Positions 29,817 to 37,205 of a stretch of DNA of 37,205 nt are shown piece by piece. The notes under the pieces are model-generated. The model ran no database searches, was not told where the DNA came from, and saw nothing but the letters and a program-made list of their open reading frames with translations. Both the position numbers and the translations under genes were made by a program. Numbering within the stretch: the stretch's first letter is position 1; every line of letters starts with the position of its first letter. The stretch is from the IMG/VR virus record IMGVR_UViG_3300049017_000013. One strand, written 5' to 3'. Source of the DNA: a virus.

Positions 29817-30380
29817 ATGACCAATCCAAAGGCCGAGACAGCGCCAAAATCACGCAAACCGCGTAACAAAGATTCTTCTGAGCAGGGTATTGAAAACACG
29901 AAGAAATACCAAGAAAGTGTTAAATCGCGTCAAATTGACCAGATTGTTGAGCGTATCTCTAACGGGGAGCCGCTGAGGCAGATTTGTCGAAGCGATGGAA
30001 TGCCATGCTGGGCGACTGTGTATAACTGGCTGGATGATGACAAGGAATTTGCTACACGCTTCGCGCGCGCGAGAGAGTTAGGCGAGGAAGCCATCAGCCA
30101 GGAGTGTTTCGCTATTGCTGACGATGGGCGCAGTGATATGTATAAGGACGCTGATGGCCGAGAGCGATTTGACACAGAGCATATCCAGCGGTCCAAGCTT
30201 CGTATCGAGACGCGACTGAAACTGTTGGCAAAGTGGAATCCTAAGAAATGGGGCGAAAAACTGGCAATTGGCGGGGCGTCAGAGCTTCCGCCCGTAGCAA
30301 GCAGTATTGATGTATCTGGGCTATCGACCGCTGCCTTGTCCGAAATTATCAGGGCAAAAGATGCTGCTGACGCAAGCTGA
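29817..30380 (+). CDS. Terminase small subunit (Sf6 gp1-like HTH type).
   Basis: ISNGEPLRQICRSDGMPCWATVYNWLDDDKEFATRFARARELGEEAISQECFAIAD......RSKLRIETRLKLLAKWNPKKWGEK parallels Sf6 gp1 LSSGESLLKVCKRPGMPDKSTVFRWLAKHEDFRDKYAKATEARADSIFEEIFEIAD...KARLRVDTRKWALARMNPRKYGDK. Confidence 0.8.
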   Translation: MTNPKAETAPKSRKPRNKDSSEQGIENTKKYQESVKSRQIDQIVERISNGEPLRQICRSDGMPCWATVYNWLDDDKEFATRFARARELGEEAISQECFAIADDGRSDMYKDADGRERFDTEHIQRSKLRIETRLKLLAKWNPKKWGEKLAIGGASELPPVASSIDVSGLSTAALSEIIRAKDAADAS

Positions 30381-31824
30381 CCTGCAGGCGGTTGAGCGTG
30401 AATTGTGCAGGCGGTCCCTTGCCGAGTTTGCCAAGCGCGCATGGAAAGTATTGGAGCCGACTACACCGCTTAAATGGGGATGGGCACTCGATGCCATCTG
30501 TGAGCATCTAGAGGCCGTGACTCGGGGCGAGATTACGCGCCTGCTAATGAACGTGCCTCCTGGCACGATGAAATCGTTGATGACGGGCGTTATCTGGCCA
30601 GCCTGGGAATGGGGGCCGCGTGACCTGGCCGAAATGCGCATTGTCGGCACTGCCCACGAAGAAACCCTTGCTATCCGCGACAGCCGGCGCTGCCGTGATC
30701 TGATCAAGTCCGAGTGGTATCAATCGCTTTGGGCTATCGAACTGGCCCGTGATTTGGATGGCAAAAGGGAATTCGGCAATACCCGAAAAGGGTTCCGTCA
30801 GGCGCGGGCCTTTACCTCGATGACTGGTGTTCGTGGCGATCGTGTGATTCTTGATGATCCGATCAGCGCCGACAATGCCAACTCAGATGCAAAGCTGGAA
30901 GAGGCTCGGCTGGCATTCACCGAGACGTTGCCTACCCGCGTCAACTCCGAGAAGTCGGCCATTATCGTTGTCATGCAGCGCCTGAATGAGAAAGACACAT
31001 CGGGCGTCATCCAGGATATGGGCCTGCCATACGTACATCTATGCATTCCCATGCGCTATGAAGCGGGGCGCAAATGCGTGACTTCTATCGGCTGGTCCGA
31101 TCCACGCACGAAAGAGGGTGAATTGATGTTCCCTGAGCGATTTGCAGAGGAGCAAGTACAGGAACTTGAGAAAACGCTCGGCTCTTACGGCTCAGCAGGC
31201 CAGTTGCAGCAGCGCCCAGCACCACGCGGCGGCGGAATCATAAAGGAAGCGTGGTATCGCTACTACACGATTCAGCCAGCGCTTGAATGGCGCAACATTT
31301 ACGCTGACACGGCGCAAAAGACTGGTGAAGAGAATGACTACAGCGTATTTCAATGCTGGGGCCGCTCGACAGTCGGGCAGGCGGTACTACTGGACCAGGT
31401 TAGGGGGAAATGGGAGGCGCCTGAATTATTGGTGCAGGCCCGTGCATTCTGGAATAAGCACAAGGCGATGCAGGGCGCCATGCTGCGCAGCATGAAGGTC
31501 GAGGATAAGGTATCTGGGACAGGACTGATTCAGACACTGCGCCGTGAGGGAGTTCCAGTTATCGGTGTGCAGCGCAACAAGGATAAGAAGTCACGCGGCC
31601 ATGATTCGGCGCCATTCATCGAGGCCGGGAATGTTCTGTTGCCGATTGATGCACCATGGCTATCTGATTTCCTAGCGGAATCTTCTGGGTTCCCTGGGTC
31701 AGTGCATGATGACCAGCTTGACCCGATGTTTGATGCAATCCGTGATGTTCAGGCATTGCCGTCCACAAATACGGCGGCAAATGCTATGCCGATCCCGATG
31801 GTTTCTCATTTTGGAAGGAAATAG
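30361..31824 (+). CDS. Terminase large subunit (ATPase plus RNase-H-like nuclease).
   Basis: It follows terS with a 20-nt overlap (track ORF starts at 30307). NVPPGTMKS is P-loop-like. IIVVMQRLNEKD and the C-terminal SVHDDQLDPMFDAI are typical of P22/Sf6-type large terminases. Confidence 0.85.
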   Translation: MLLTQADLQAVERELCRRSLAEFAKRAWKVLEPTTPLKWGWALDAICEHLEAVTRGEITRLLMNVPPGTMKSLMTGVIWPAWEWGPRDLAEMRIVGTAHEETLAIRDSRRCRDLIKSEWYQSLWAIELARDLDGKREFGNTRKGFRQARAFTSMTGVRGDRVILDDPISADNANSDAKLEEARLAFTETLPTRVNSEKSAIIVVMQRLNEKDTSGVIQDMGLPYVHLCIPMRYEAGRKCVTSIGWSDPRTKEGELMFPERFAEEQVQELEKTLGSYGSAGQLQQRPAPRGGGIIKEAWYRYYTIQPALEWRNIYADTAQKTGEENDYSVFQCWGRSTVGQAVLLDQVRGKWEAPELLVQARAFWNKHKAMQGAMLRSMKVEDKVSGTGLIQTLRREGVPVIGVQRNKDKKSRGHDSAPFIEAGNVLLPIDAPWLSDFLAESSGFPGSVHDDQLDPMFDAIRDVQALPSTNTAANAMPIPMVSHFGRK

Positions 31825-31861
31825 CGTTACAATCCGTCCATAACGATAGAAAGGCACTATC

Positions 31862-32662
31862 ATGGATGGCGGGTTTAATAGCTTTTCAGATTACGATGCA
31901 GCAGTGCAGATGGGACGAGTTCCGGGCGTGACGCGTGTCGCCGGGATTGGAACGCGGACGATTGCTTCTGCCATTGCAGCTACGACTGCTGCACAAGGGA
32001 TCGTAGCACCAGAGGATATCTGGGTTGGCGCATCCGCTATTTACCCATGGAGTTTTGCCGATGTTGCATTAGAGGCTATCTCTGATAATGTCAATGATAC
32101 TGCTGGCGGGTCTGGCGCCCAGACAATCACAATCGGCGGCATTAATGCAGCATATGCGGTAACTGCAGCAACCAATATCCCGTTAAATGGCACTGCTGGC
32201 CCCGTGGCAATTGGGTCGCACGCGCATATCAATACCGGAACAATCGGGGTGACAGTTCCAACGACGCCCAATCAAACCAACATTGGGACGATCACCATCA
32301 GAGAGGTCGGAACAGGTACTGTGCGAGCAATCATCACGCCAGGCCAGCGCAGCATTCAGCAATCTGTTTATCGCGTCCCGGATGGCTTTTTCCTGAACAT
32401 CTTTAACATTGAGATTGAACTATTGCGCGCATCTGGGGCCGCGACTCGCGGGGCAGACTTCGCGCTCTACTTCCGATTCGCCAATGGCGTATATGGCAGG
32501 CCGCGACAAATCCAATGCACTGACCGAGCTCCATTTACGCTGATGGCTGAGACACGTATCGGCATCCCGTCGCGTGCTGATTTCGCCGTAAGTTGCGTCT
32601 ACAGCAGTGCAAATAACATCACTGTCGGCGCCGCATTTGAAGGCCACCTTTATAAGATCTGA
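31862..32662 (+). CDS. Orphan beta-rich protein (266 aa) inserted between terL and portal.
   Basis: RBS gaaagg upstream. The composition is Gly/Thr/Ala/Ile-rich, with alternating patterns (TITIGGINAAYAVTA, GTITIREVGTGTVRAIITPG, YRVPDGFFLNIFNIEIE) that suggest a beta-sandwich. No family was recognised. Confidence 0.6.
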   Translation: MDGGFNSFSDYDAAVQMGRVPGVTRVAGIGTRTIASAIAATTAAQGIVAPEDIWVGASAIYPWSFADVALEAISDNVNDTAGGSGAQTITIGGINAAYAVTAATNIPLNGTAGPVAIGSHAHINTGTIGVTVPTTPNQTNIGTITIREVGTGTVRAIITPGQRSIQQSVYRVPDGFFLNIFNIEIELLRASGAATRGADFALYFRFANGVYGRPRQIQCTDRAPFTLMAETRIGIPSRADFAVSCVYSSANNITVGAAFEGHLYKI

Positions 32663-32664
32663 TC

Positions 32665-32814
32665 ATGCCATATACCGCCAAGCAAAATAAGCTATTCCGT
32701 GCCGCTGAGCACAATCCAAAAATCGCCAAAAGCGCCGGGATTCCAATGGCCACAGCAAAGAAGCTCGCGGCGGAAGGCGTGAAAAAGGCGCTGGCCAAGA
32801 AAGGTAAGAAATAA
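32665..32814 (+). CDS. Small Lys/Ala-rich protein (49 aa: MPYTAKQNKLFRAAEHNPKIAKSAGIPMATAKKLAAEGVKKALAKKGKK).
   Basis: It falls below the track cut-off. It starts 3 nt after the previous stop, and its stop overlaps the portal ATG (TAATG). Confidence 0.45.
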   Translation: MPYTAKQNKLFRAAEHNPKIAKSAGIPMATAKKLAAEGVKKALAKKGKK

Positions 32815-34907
32815 TGGCCATGTCAAAAGCTGAGCGCCTGCGTGTCGTGCATGATCGTGCTGTACGCCGGTTCGATTCGATTCAAGTATCTGTCAGGTCG
32901 GAGCGTATGCAGGCGTTGCAAGACCGACGCTTCTACTCGATTGCCAGTGCCCAATGGGAAGGCCCGCTTGGCTTGCAATTCGAGAACAAGCCACGGTTTG
33001 AAATGAACAAGATTCACTTGGCCGTGATCCGCATCATCAACGAATATCGCAATAATCGTATCGATGTGGATTTCACCTCCAAGGATGGTAGCGAGAATGA
33101 CAAGCTAGCGGATGCTTGTGATGGCCTTTACCGCGCTGACGAGCAGGACAGCGGCGCCCAGGAGGCGTTTGATAATGCGTTTGAAGAAGCAGTAGGCGGC
33201 GGGTTTGGCGCTATCCGCTTGCGCACCCAATATGAGGATGAGTACGACGAGGACGATACCCGGCAGCGCATCTGCATTGAGCCAGTATTCGATGCCGATT
33301 CGACGGTGTTTTTTGACCTCGATGCTAAGCGCCAGGACAAGGCCGATGCCAAGCATGCATTCGTACTGACGGGCCTGACCCGCGAAGCATACGAGTATGA
33401 ATATGACCAAGACCCGGCAAGCTGGCCAAAGGATATCTTCCAAACCGAATTCGATTGGTGCACGCCTGATACGGTCTATATTGCCGAGTATTACGAGATT
33501 GAAGAGAAGAAGGAACTGATTCACTTCTATGAAGGCGTCTCGCTGACCGACGAAGATCCGCCTAAGCGCCGCATTAGCGACGAAGAATTGAAGGGTGATG
33601 ATGGCGAGGAACTGCTAGCGCAACTGCTGGCAACTGGATTTAAGGAAGTCGGCCAGAAGCGCATGAAGACTTGCCGCGTCCACAAATACATTATGGATGG
33701 GGCGCAGATCCTCGAGGACTGTGGCTACATCGCAGGTAAATGTATCCCGGTCGTGCCGAACTACGGCAAGCGCTGGTTTGTCGATGGTATTGAGCGCTTC
33801 ATGGGCCATGTGCGCCTGGCCGTTGATGCTCAGCGCCTCAAGAACATGCTTGTATCCGCTCTGGCTGAAATCAGTGCGCAGGGTAGCGTAGAGAAGCCTA
33901 TTGTGACGCCTGAGCAGATCATGGGCCATCAGGAAATGTGGGCGAATGACAATATCCGTCGCTATCCATACCTGCTGTTGAACCAAACGACAGATGGCAA
34001 TGGCATGCCGATTCCGGCCCAGCCTATCGCCTACACGAAATCACCAAGCATTCCCCAGGCGCTTGCTGCGCTTCTGCAGATCACTGAACAAGACTTGCAA
34101 GATTTGCTTGGCAACCAGCAGGCCGGCGAGCAGATGCAGCCGAATATGTCTGGCAAAGCTGTGGAACTGGTGCAGAACCGGCTGGACATGCAGGTATTCA
34201 TTTACATGTCGAACTTTGCCAAGTGCGTGAAGCGCGTCGGTGAGGTCTGGCTCTCAATGGCCAAGGATGTATATGTGGAAGATGGCCGGAAAATGAAGAC
34301 TGTTGCTGCTGATGGCGCAGTAGGAACGCTGGAAATCAATCAGCCGCGCATCGACAAGGATACCCATGAGCAGTATATGGAAAACGACCTCAGCGAAGCA
34401 AAATTCGATGTAAATGTTGAAGTCGGCCCTAGCTCGACTAGCAAGCGGCAGGCAACTGTACGCGCCTTGACTGGCATGCTTCAACTGACGCAAGACCCAG
34501 AAATGACGACTGTCCTTAGTGCTATGGCCATGATGAACATGGAAGGCGAAGGCATCAGCGATGTGCGCCAGTATTTCCGCCAGAAACTACTTCGCATGGG
34601 TGCCATCAAGCCTACCGAGGATGAAGCTAAGCAACTGCAAGCAGAGCAAGAGGCTGCAGGACAACAGCAAGACCCGAATGCAATATATCTGCAAGCCGCG
34701 GCGCAAAAGCAAGTGGCTGATGCCGCAAAAGCACAAGCAGATGTTGAGTTGTCCAATGCAAAAGTAGGCCAAACCAAGGCGGATACGCTGAAAACGCTCG
34801 CCGAAGTTGATTCGGCAGCCCGCCAGGATGCAATGGCCGCTGCTGATATGGCGTTCCGCATGAATGGCGCGGCGCAACAAGCTGGCCAAGGAATCGAGCA
34901 ATCGTAA
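32814..34907 (+). CDS. Portal protein, P22 gp1 family.
   Basis: 697 aa versus 725 aa for P22 gp1. Parallel blocks: R.FY....QW, INEYRNNRIDVDF.SKDG versus VSEMRQNPIDVLYRPKDG, DTVYIAEYYEIEEKKE versus DTIQIAEFYEVVEKKE, GKCIPVVPNYG versus GEHIPIVPVFG, and YPYLLLNQTTD versus YPYYLLNRTDE. Confidence 0.9.
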   Translation: MAMSKAERLRVVHDRAVRRFDSIQVSVRSERMQALQDRRFYSIASAQWEGPLGLQFENKPRFEMNKIHLAVIRIINEYRNNRIDVDFTSKDGSENDKLADACDGLYRADEQDSGAQEAFDNAFEEAVGGGFGAIRLRTQYEDEYDEDDTRQRICIEPVFDADSTVFFDLDAKRQDKADAKHAFVLTGLTREAYEYEYDQDPASWPKDIFQTEFDWCTPDTVYIAEYYEIEEKKELIHFYEGVSLTDEDPPKRRISDEELKGDDGEELLAQLLATGFKEVGQKRMKTCRVHKYIMDGAQILEDCGYIAGKCIPVVPNYGKRWFVDGIERFMGHVRLAVDAQRLKNMLVSALAEISAQGSVEKPIVTPEQIMGHQEMWANDNIRRYPYLLLNQTTDGNGMPIPAQPIAYTKSPSIPQALAALLQITEQDLQDLLGNQQAGEQMQPNMSGKAVELVQNRLDMQVFIYMSNFAKCVKRVGEVWLSMAKDVYVEDGRKMKTVAADGAVGTLEINQPRIDKDTHEQYMENDLSEAKFDVNVEVGPSSTSKRQATVRALTGMLQLTQDPEMTTVLSAMAMMNMEGEGISDVRQYFRQKLLRMGAIKPTEDEAKQLQAEQEAAGQQQDPNAIYLQAAAQKQVADAAKAQADVELSNAKVGQTKADTLKTLAEVDSAARQDAMAAADMAFRMNGAAQQAGQGIEQS

Positions 34908-35003
34908 TATTTAATGATGTTTGCATTGTTGATAGTTTCATCCTATCATCTGTACATCTGGGTTCCGCCGCCCCGTTATGCGGTGAGTTCATAGGGGTTA
35001 CAC

Positions 35004-35861
35004 ATGAGCGTAGTGGCAGAAGAAACCGTCGGTGACGAAGTGGAGCAAGAGCAGATCGAGCAAGAGCAAGACCTGGAAGGCGAGACGCCAGAAGGTGAGC
35101 AAGAGCAATCTGATCCTGAACCCGAAGAATTGATCGTCAGCATCGGGGATGCATCGCCAGCATCCGAGGAAGAGGAACTAAAGCAGGCCCCAGAATGGGT
35201 TAAGGAATTGCGCAAGGAGAACCGCGAAAAAGCGCGGAAGCTCAAAGAACTTGAGGCAAAACTGGCTGAGCGTGATATTCAGTCGGCGCCACAAATGGCA
35301 ATCCCGAAGCCTACGCTTGAAGGCTGCGATTACGACACTGATGCTTACGAACAGAAGTTCATGGCTTGGCAACAGCAAGAAGCCGCCAAACGTGATGCTG
35401 AACGTAAAAAGCAGGACGAAGAAAAAGCCCATGTAGATGCGTGGAATGTAAAGATTGCGGCCTACAACGAAGCCAAAACGAAGCTCAAGGTTCCTGACTT
35501 TGACGACGCCGAAGCAGTTGTGTTGCATGAATTTAACGAAACGCAGCAGGGTATTATCGTCAGCGGCGCAGAAAATGCGGCCTTGGTCAATTACGCAATC
35601 GGCAAGAATCCGGCTAAAGCTAAAGAACTTGCTTCCATCAAAGACCCCATTAAATTCGCGTTTGCTATCGCGAGATTGGAGACACAAGTGAAGACTTCAC
35701 CTCGCAAAGCACCACCAGCACCAGAAGGCCGAGTACGCGGCAATGCCGCACCATCTGGCGCAGTGGATAACACATTGGAGCGGCTGCGCGATAAGGCCGA
35801 GAAGACGGGTGATATGTCAGAAGTGATCGCCTATCGGGCCAAGATGCGCGCTGCAAAGTAA
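35004..35861 (+). CDS. Scaffolding protein.
   Basis: It lies between portal and coat. It has a highly acidic N-terminus (EEVEQEQIEQEQDLEGETPEGEQEQSDPEPEE), a helical Lys/Glu-rich body and a basic C-terminus, as expected for P22-type scaffolds. Confidence 0.7.
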   Translation: MSVVAEETVGDEVEQEQIEQEQDLEGETPEGEQEQSDPEPEELIVSIGDASPASEEEELKQAPEWVKELRKENREKARKLKELEAKLAERDIQSAPQMAIPKPTLEGCDYDTDAYEQKFMAWQQQEAAKRDAERKKQDEEKAHVDAWNVKIAAYNEAKTKLKVPDFDDAEAVVLHEFNETQQGIIVSGAENAALVNYAIGKNPAKAKELASIKDPIKFAFAIARLETQVKTSPRKAPPAPEGRVRGNAAPSGAVDNTLERLRDKAEKTGDMSEVIAYRAKMRAAK

Positions 35862-35881
35862 CTCATAAAGGAAAATGAATC

Positions 35882-37150
35882 ATGGCTAATAGCTTTAGCA
35901 AAGAGGAACGGGTCGCCTTTGAAGACCTGATCGAGGGCTTTGATGATGCGCTTGTGCTGTCGCGCAACGTCAGCAAATACAATACCGAATCGACCATGAT
36001 GGAACGCACTGGCGATACCATCTGGCGCCCGATGCCATACATCGCGCAGACTTTTGACGGTATGGACCAGACCGCCAACTTCGGTAATGCGACGCAGCTT
36101 TCCGTCCCTGCGACCATCGGATACAAGAAATCCTCGCCATGGATCATGTCGGCGACCGAACTGCGCGACGCGCTGCAAGAAAAACGCTTGGGCGATGCTG
36201 CCAAGCAGAAGCTGGCAAGCGATATCAACGTGGCCGTAATGAACGTCGCTGCGCTGCAAGGCACGATGTTCGTGAAGCGCTCGACTGCTGCAACTGGTTT
36301 TGATGACGTTGCCCTGTGCGAAGCCATCATGAACGAGCAAGGCATTCCATCCTACGATCGCTACCTGGCTCTGTCCACCCGCGATTACAATGGCATGGCA
36401 AGCAATCTGGCAAGCCGCCAGACCATGCAGGGCAAGCCTGTCACCGCCTACGAGAAAGCATATGTCGGTATGGTGGCATCATTCGACACCTACAAGCTTG
36501 ACTATGCGAATCGCCAAGCAGCAGCACTGGGCGGCGCCGGCATTACCATCAACACCCTAGCAGCAGGCGGCAACGTCTATGTGCCACGTGCTACCTCTAC
36601 TGCTGCGACTGGCGAAACCAGCAACGTCGATAACCGTTATCAGACCGTGACTGTCAGCTCGACTACCAACGTGGCAGCAGGCGACGCATTTACCATCGCG
36701 GCAGTTGATGCAGTGCATCACATCACCAAGGGCGATACCGGCCAGCTGAAAACCTTCCGCGTGATTTCGGTTGACTCGGCCACCACCATGACCATCAGCC
36801 CACCGCTGATCACTGGCCAGGGCGGCACCGATCCAGAACTGCAGTATAAAAACTGCGTGGTCAATACTGCGTCGGCCAACTCGGCTATCGTGTTCCTGAA
36901 CACCGTGGCAGCATCGATCAACCCATTCTGGCAAAAAGATGCAATCGAACTGCTGCCAGGCCGCTATGCCGTCCCAACCGATGCCGGCGCCGCAGTGATG
37001 CGTGCAACCACGGATCAGGGTATTGAAGTCGTGATGCAGAAGCAATACGACATCAACACCATGAAGACCAAGTTCCGTATCGACACCATGTTTGGTGTGT
37101 GCATGAAAAATCCTGAAATGAGTGGACTTATCATGTTTAGTCAGACCTGA
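35882..37150 (+). CDS. Major capsid (coat) protein, P22 gp5 family.
   Basis: 422 aa versus 430 aa for P22 gp5. GDTIWRPMP parallels SNTIWMPVE. NVDNRYQTVTVSSTTNVAAGDAFTIAAV parallels [28 protein letters not shown]. Strong RBS aaaggaaaa. Confidence 0.85.
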   Translation: MANSFSKEERVAFEDLIEGFDDALVLSRNVSKYNTESTMMERTGDTIWRPMPYIAQTFDGMDQTANFGNATQLSVPATIGYKKSSPWIMSATELRDALQEKRLGDAAKQKLASDINVAVMNVAALQGTMFVKRSTAATGFDDVALCEAIMNEQGIPSYDRYLALSTRDYNGMASNLASRQTMQGKPVTAYEKAYVGMVASFDTYKLDYANRQAAALGGAGITINTLAAGGNVYVPRATSTAATGETSNVDNRYQTVTVSSTTNVAAGDAFTIAAVDAVHHITKGDTGQLKTFRVISVDSATTMTISPPLITGQGGTDPELQYKNCVVNTASANSAIVFLNTVAASINPFWQKDAIELLPGRYAVPTDAGAAVMRATTDQGIEVVMQKQYDINTMKTKFRIDTMFGVCMKNPEMSGLIMFSQT

Positions 37151-37205
37151 TGGCTACATAACAGAAAGGGGCTTCGGCCCCTTCCTCACATACCCAATAT
37201 AAGGA
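37079..37205. repeat. Terminal direct repeat, copy 2 (identical to 1..127).
   Basis: See copy 1. Confidence 0.95.
37164..37188 (+). terminator. Stem-loop after the coat gene (same sequence as 86..110).
   Basis: It lies inside the 127-nt terminal overlap. See the feature at 86..110. Confidence 0.5.

Noticed and set aside
35831-37045. Minus-strand ORFs 35831..36340, 35863..36345, 36557..37045 and 36718..36921, opposite the coat gene.
   Set aside because: They are antisense to the strongly supported P22-type coat gene, overlap one another and lack RBSs.

Overview
The window is one complete double-stranded DNA phage genome, assembled as a circularly closed contig. Its first 127 nt are identical to its last 127 nt, so the unique length is 37,078 bp.

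All protein calls come from motif and synteny recognition by eye. No database search was run.

**Layout: three tightly packed transcription blocks**
- **Late operon (+ strand).** It starts at a sigma70-like promoter near 29738. The gene order is TerS, TerL, two extra ORFs, a P22-type portal, scaffold and P22-type coat. It then wraps through the contig junction into gp4-like and gp10-like head-completion proteins, a needle-like protein, three ejection-type proteins, a tailspike with a P22-like head-binding N-terminus and a lysis cassette. It ends at a bidirectional terminator at 13421-13448.
- **Leftward early operon (- strand, 22334 down to 13447).** It carries a lambda Bet/Exo recombination pair, an HNH endonuclease, a DUF551 protein, many small Cys-rich orphans, a PAPS-reductase-like enzyme and a 435-aa orphan.
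- **Rightward early operon (+ strand, 22500-29580).** It carries a Cro-like HTH protein, NinB, a DndC/PAPS-reductase-like enzyme, NinG and three overlapping mini membrane ORFs. A structured leader follows, then a replication initiator with embedded 11-bp-phased iterons (probable ori), a DnaB-like helicase, small regulators and two tandem tRNA-Ser genes.

I could not recognise an integrase, a CI/LexA-type repressor, a Q/N antiterminator or a spanin anywhere in the closed genome.

**Best candidates for new biology**
- Two divergent PP-loop (PAPS-reductase/DndC-like) enzymes, one in each early operon.
- Two cargo slots bracketed by the same 38-bp and 16-bp junction repeats.
- The 435-aa Cys-rich orphan sitting where int/xis would lie in a lambdoid genome.
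- The long inverted-repeat RNA/DNA element upstream of the replication genes.
- The mini membrane-peptide genes.
- The beta-rich ORF inserted between TerL and portal.
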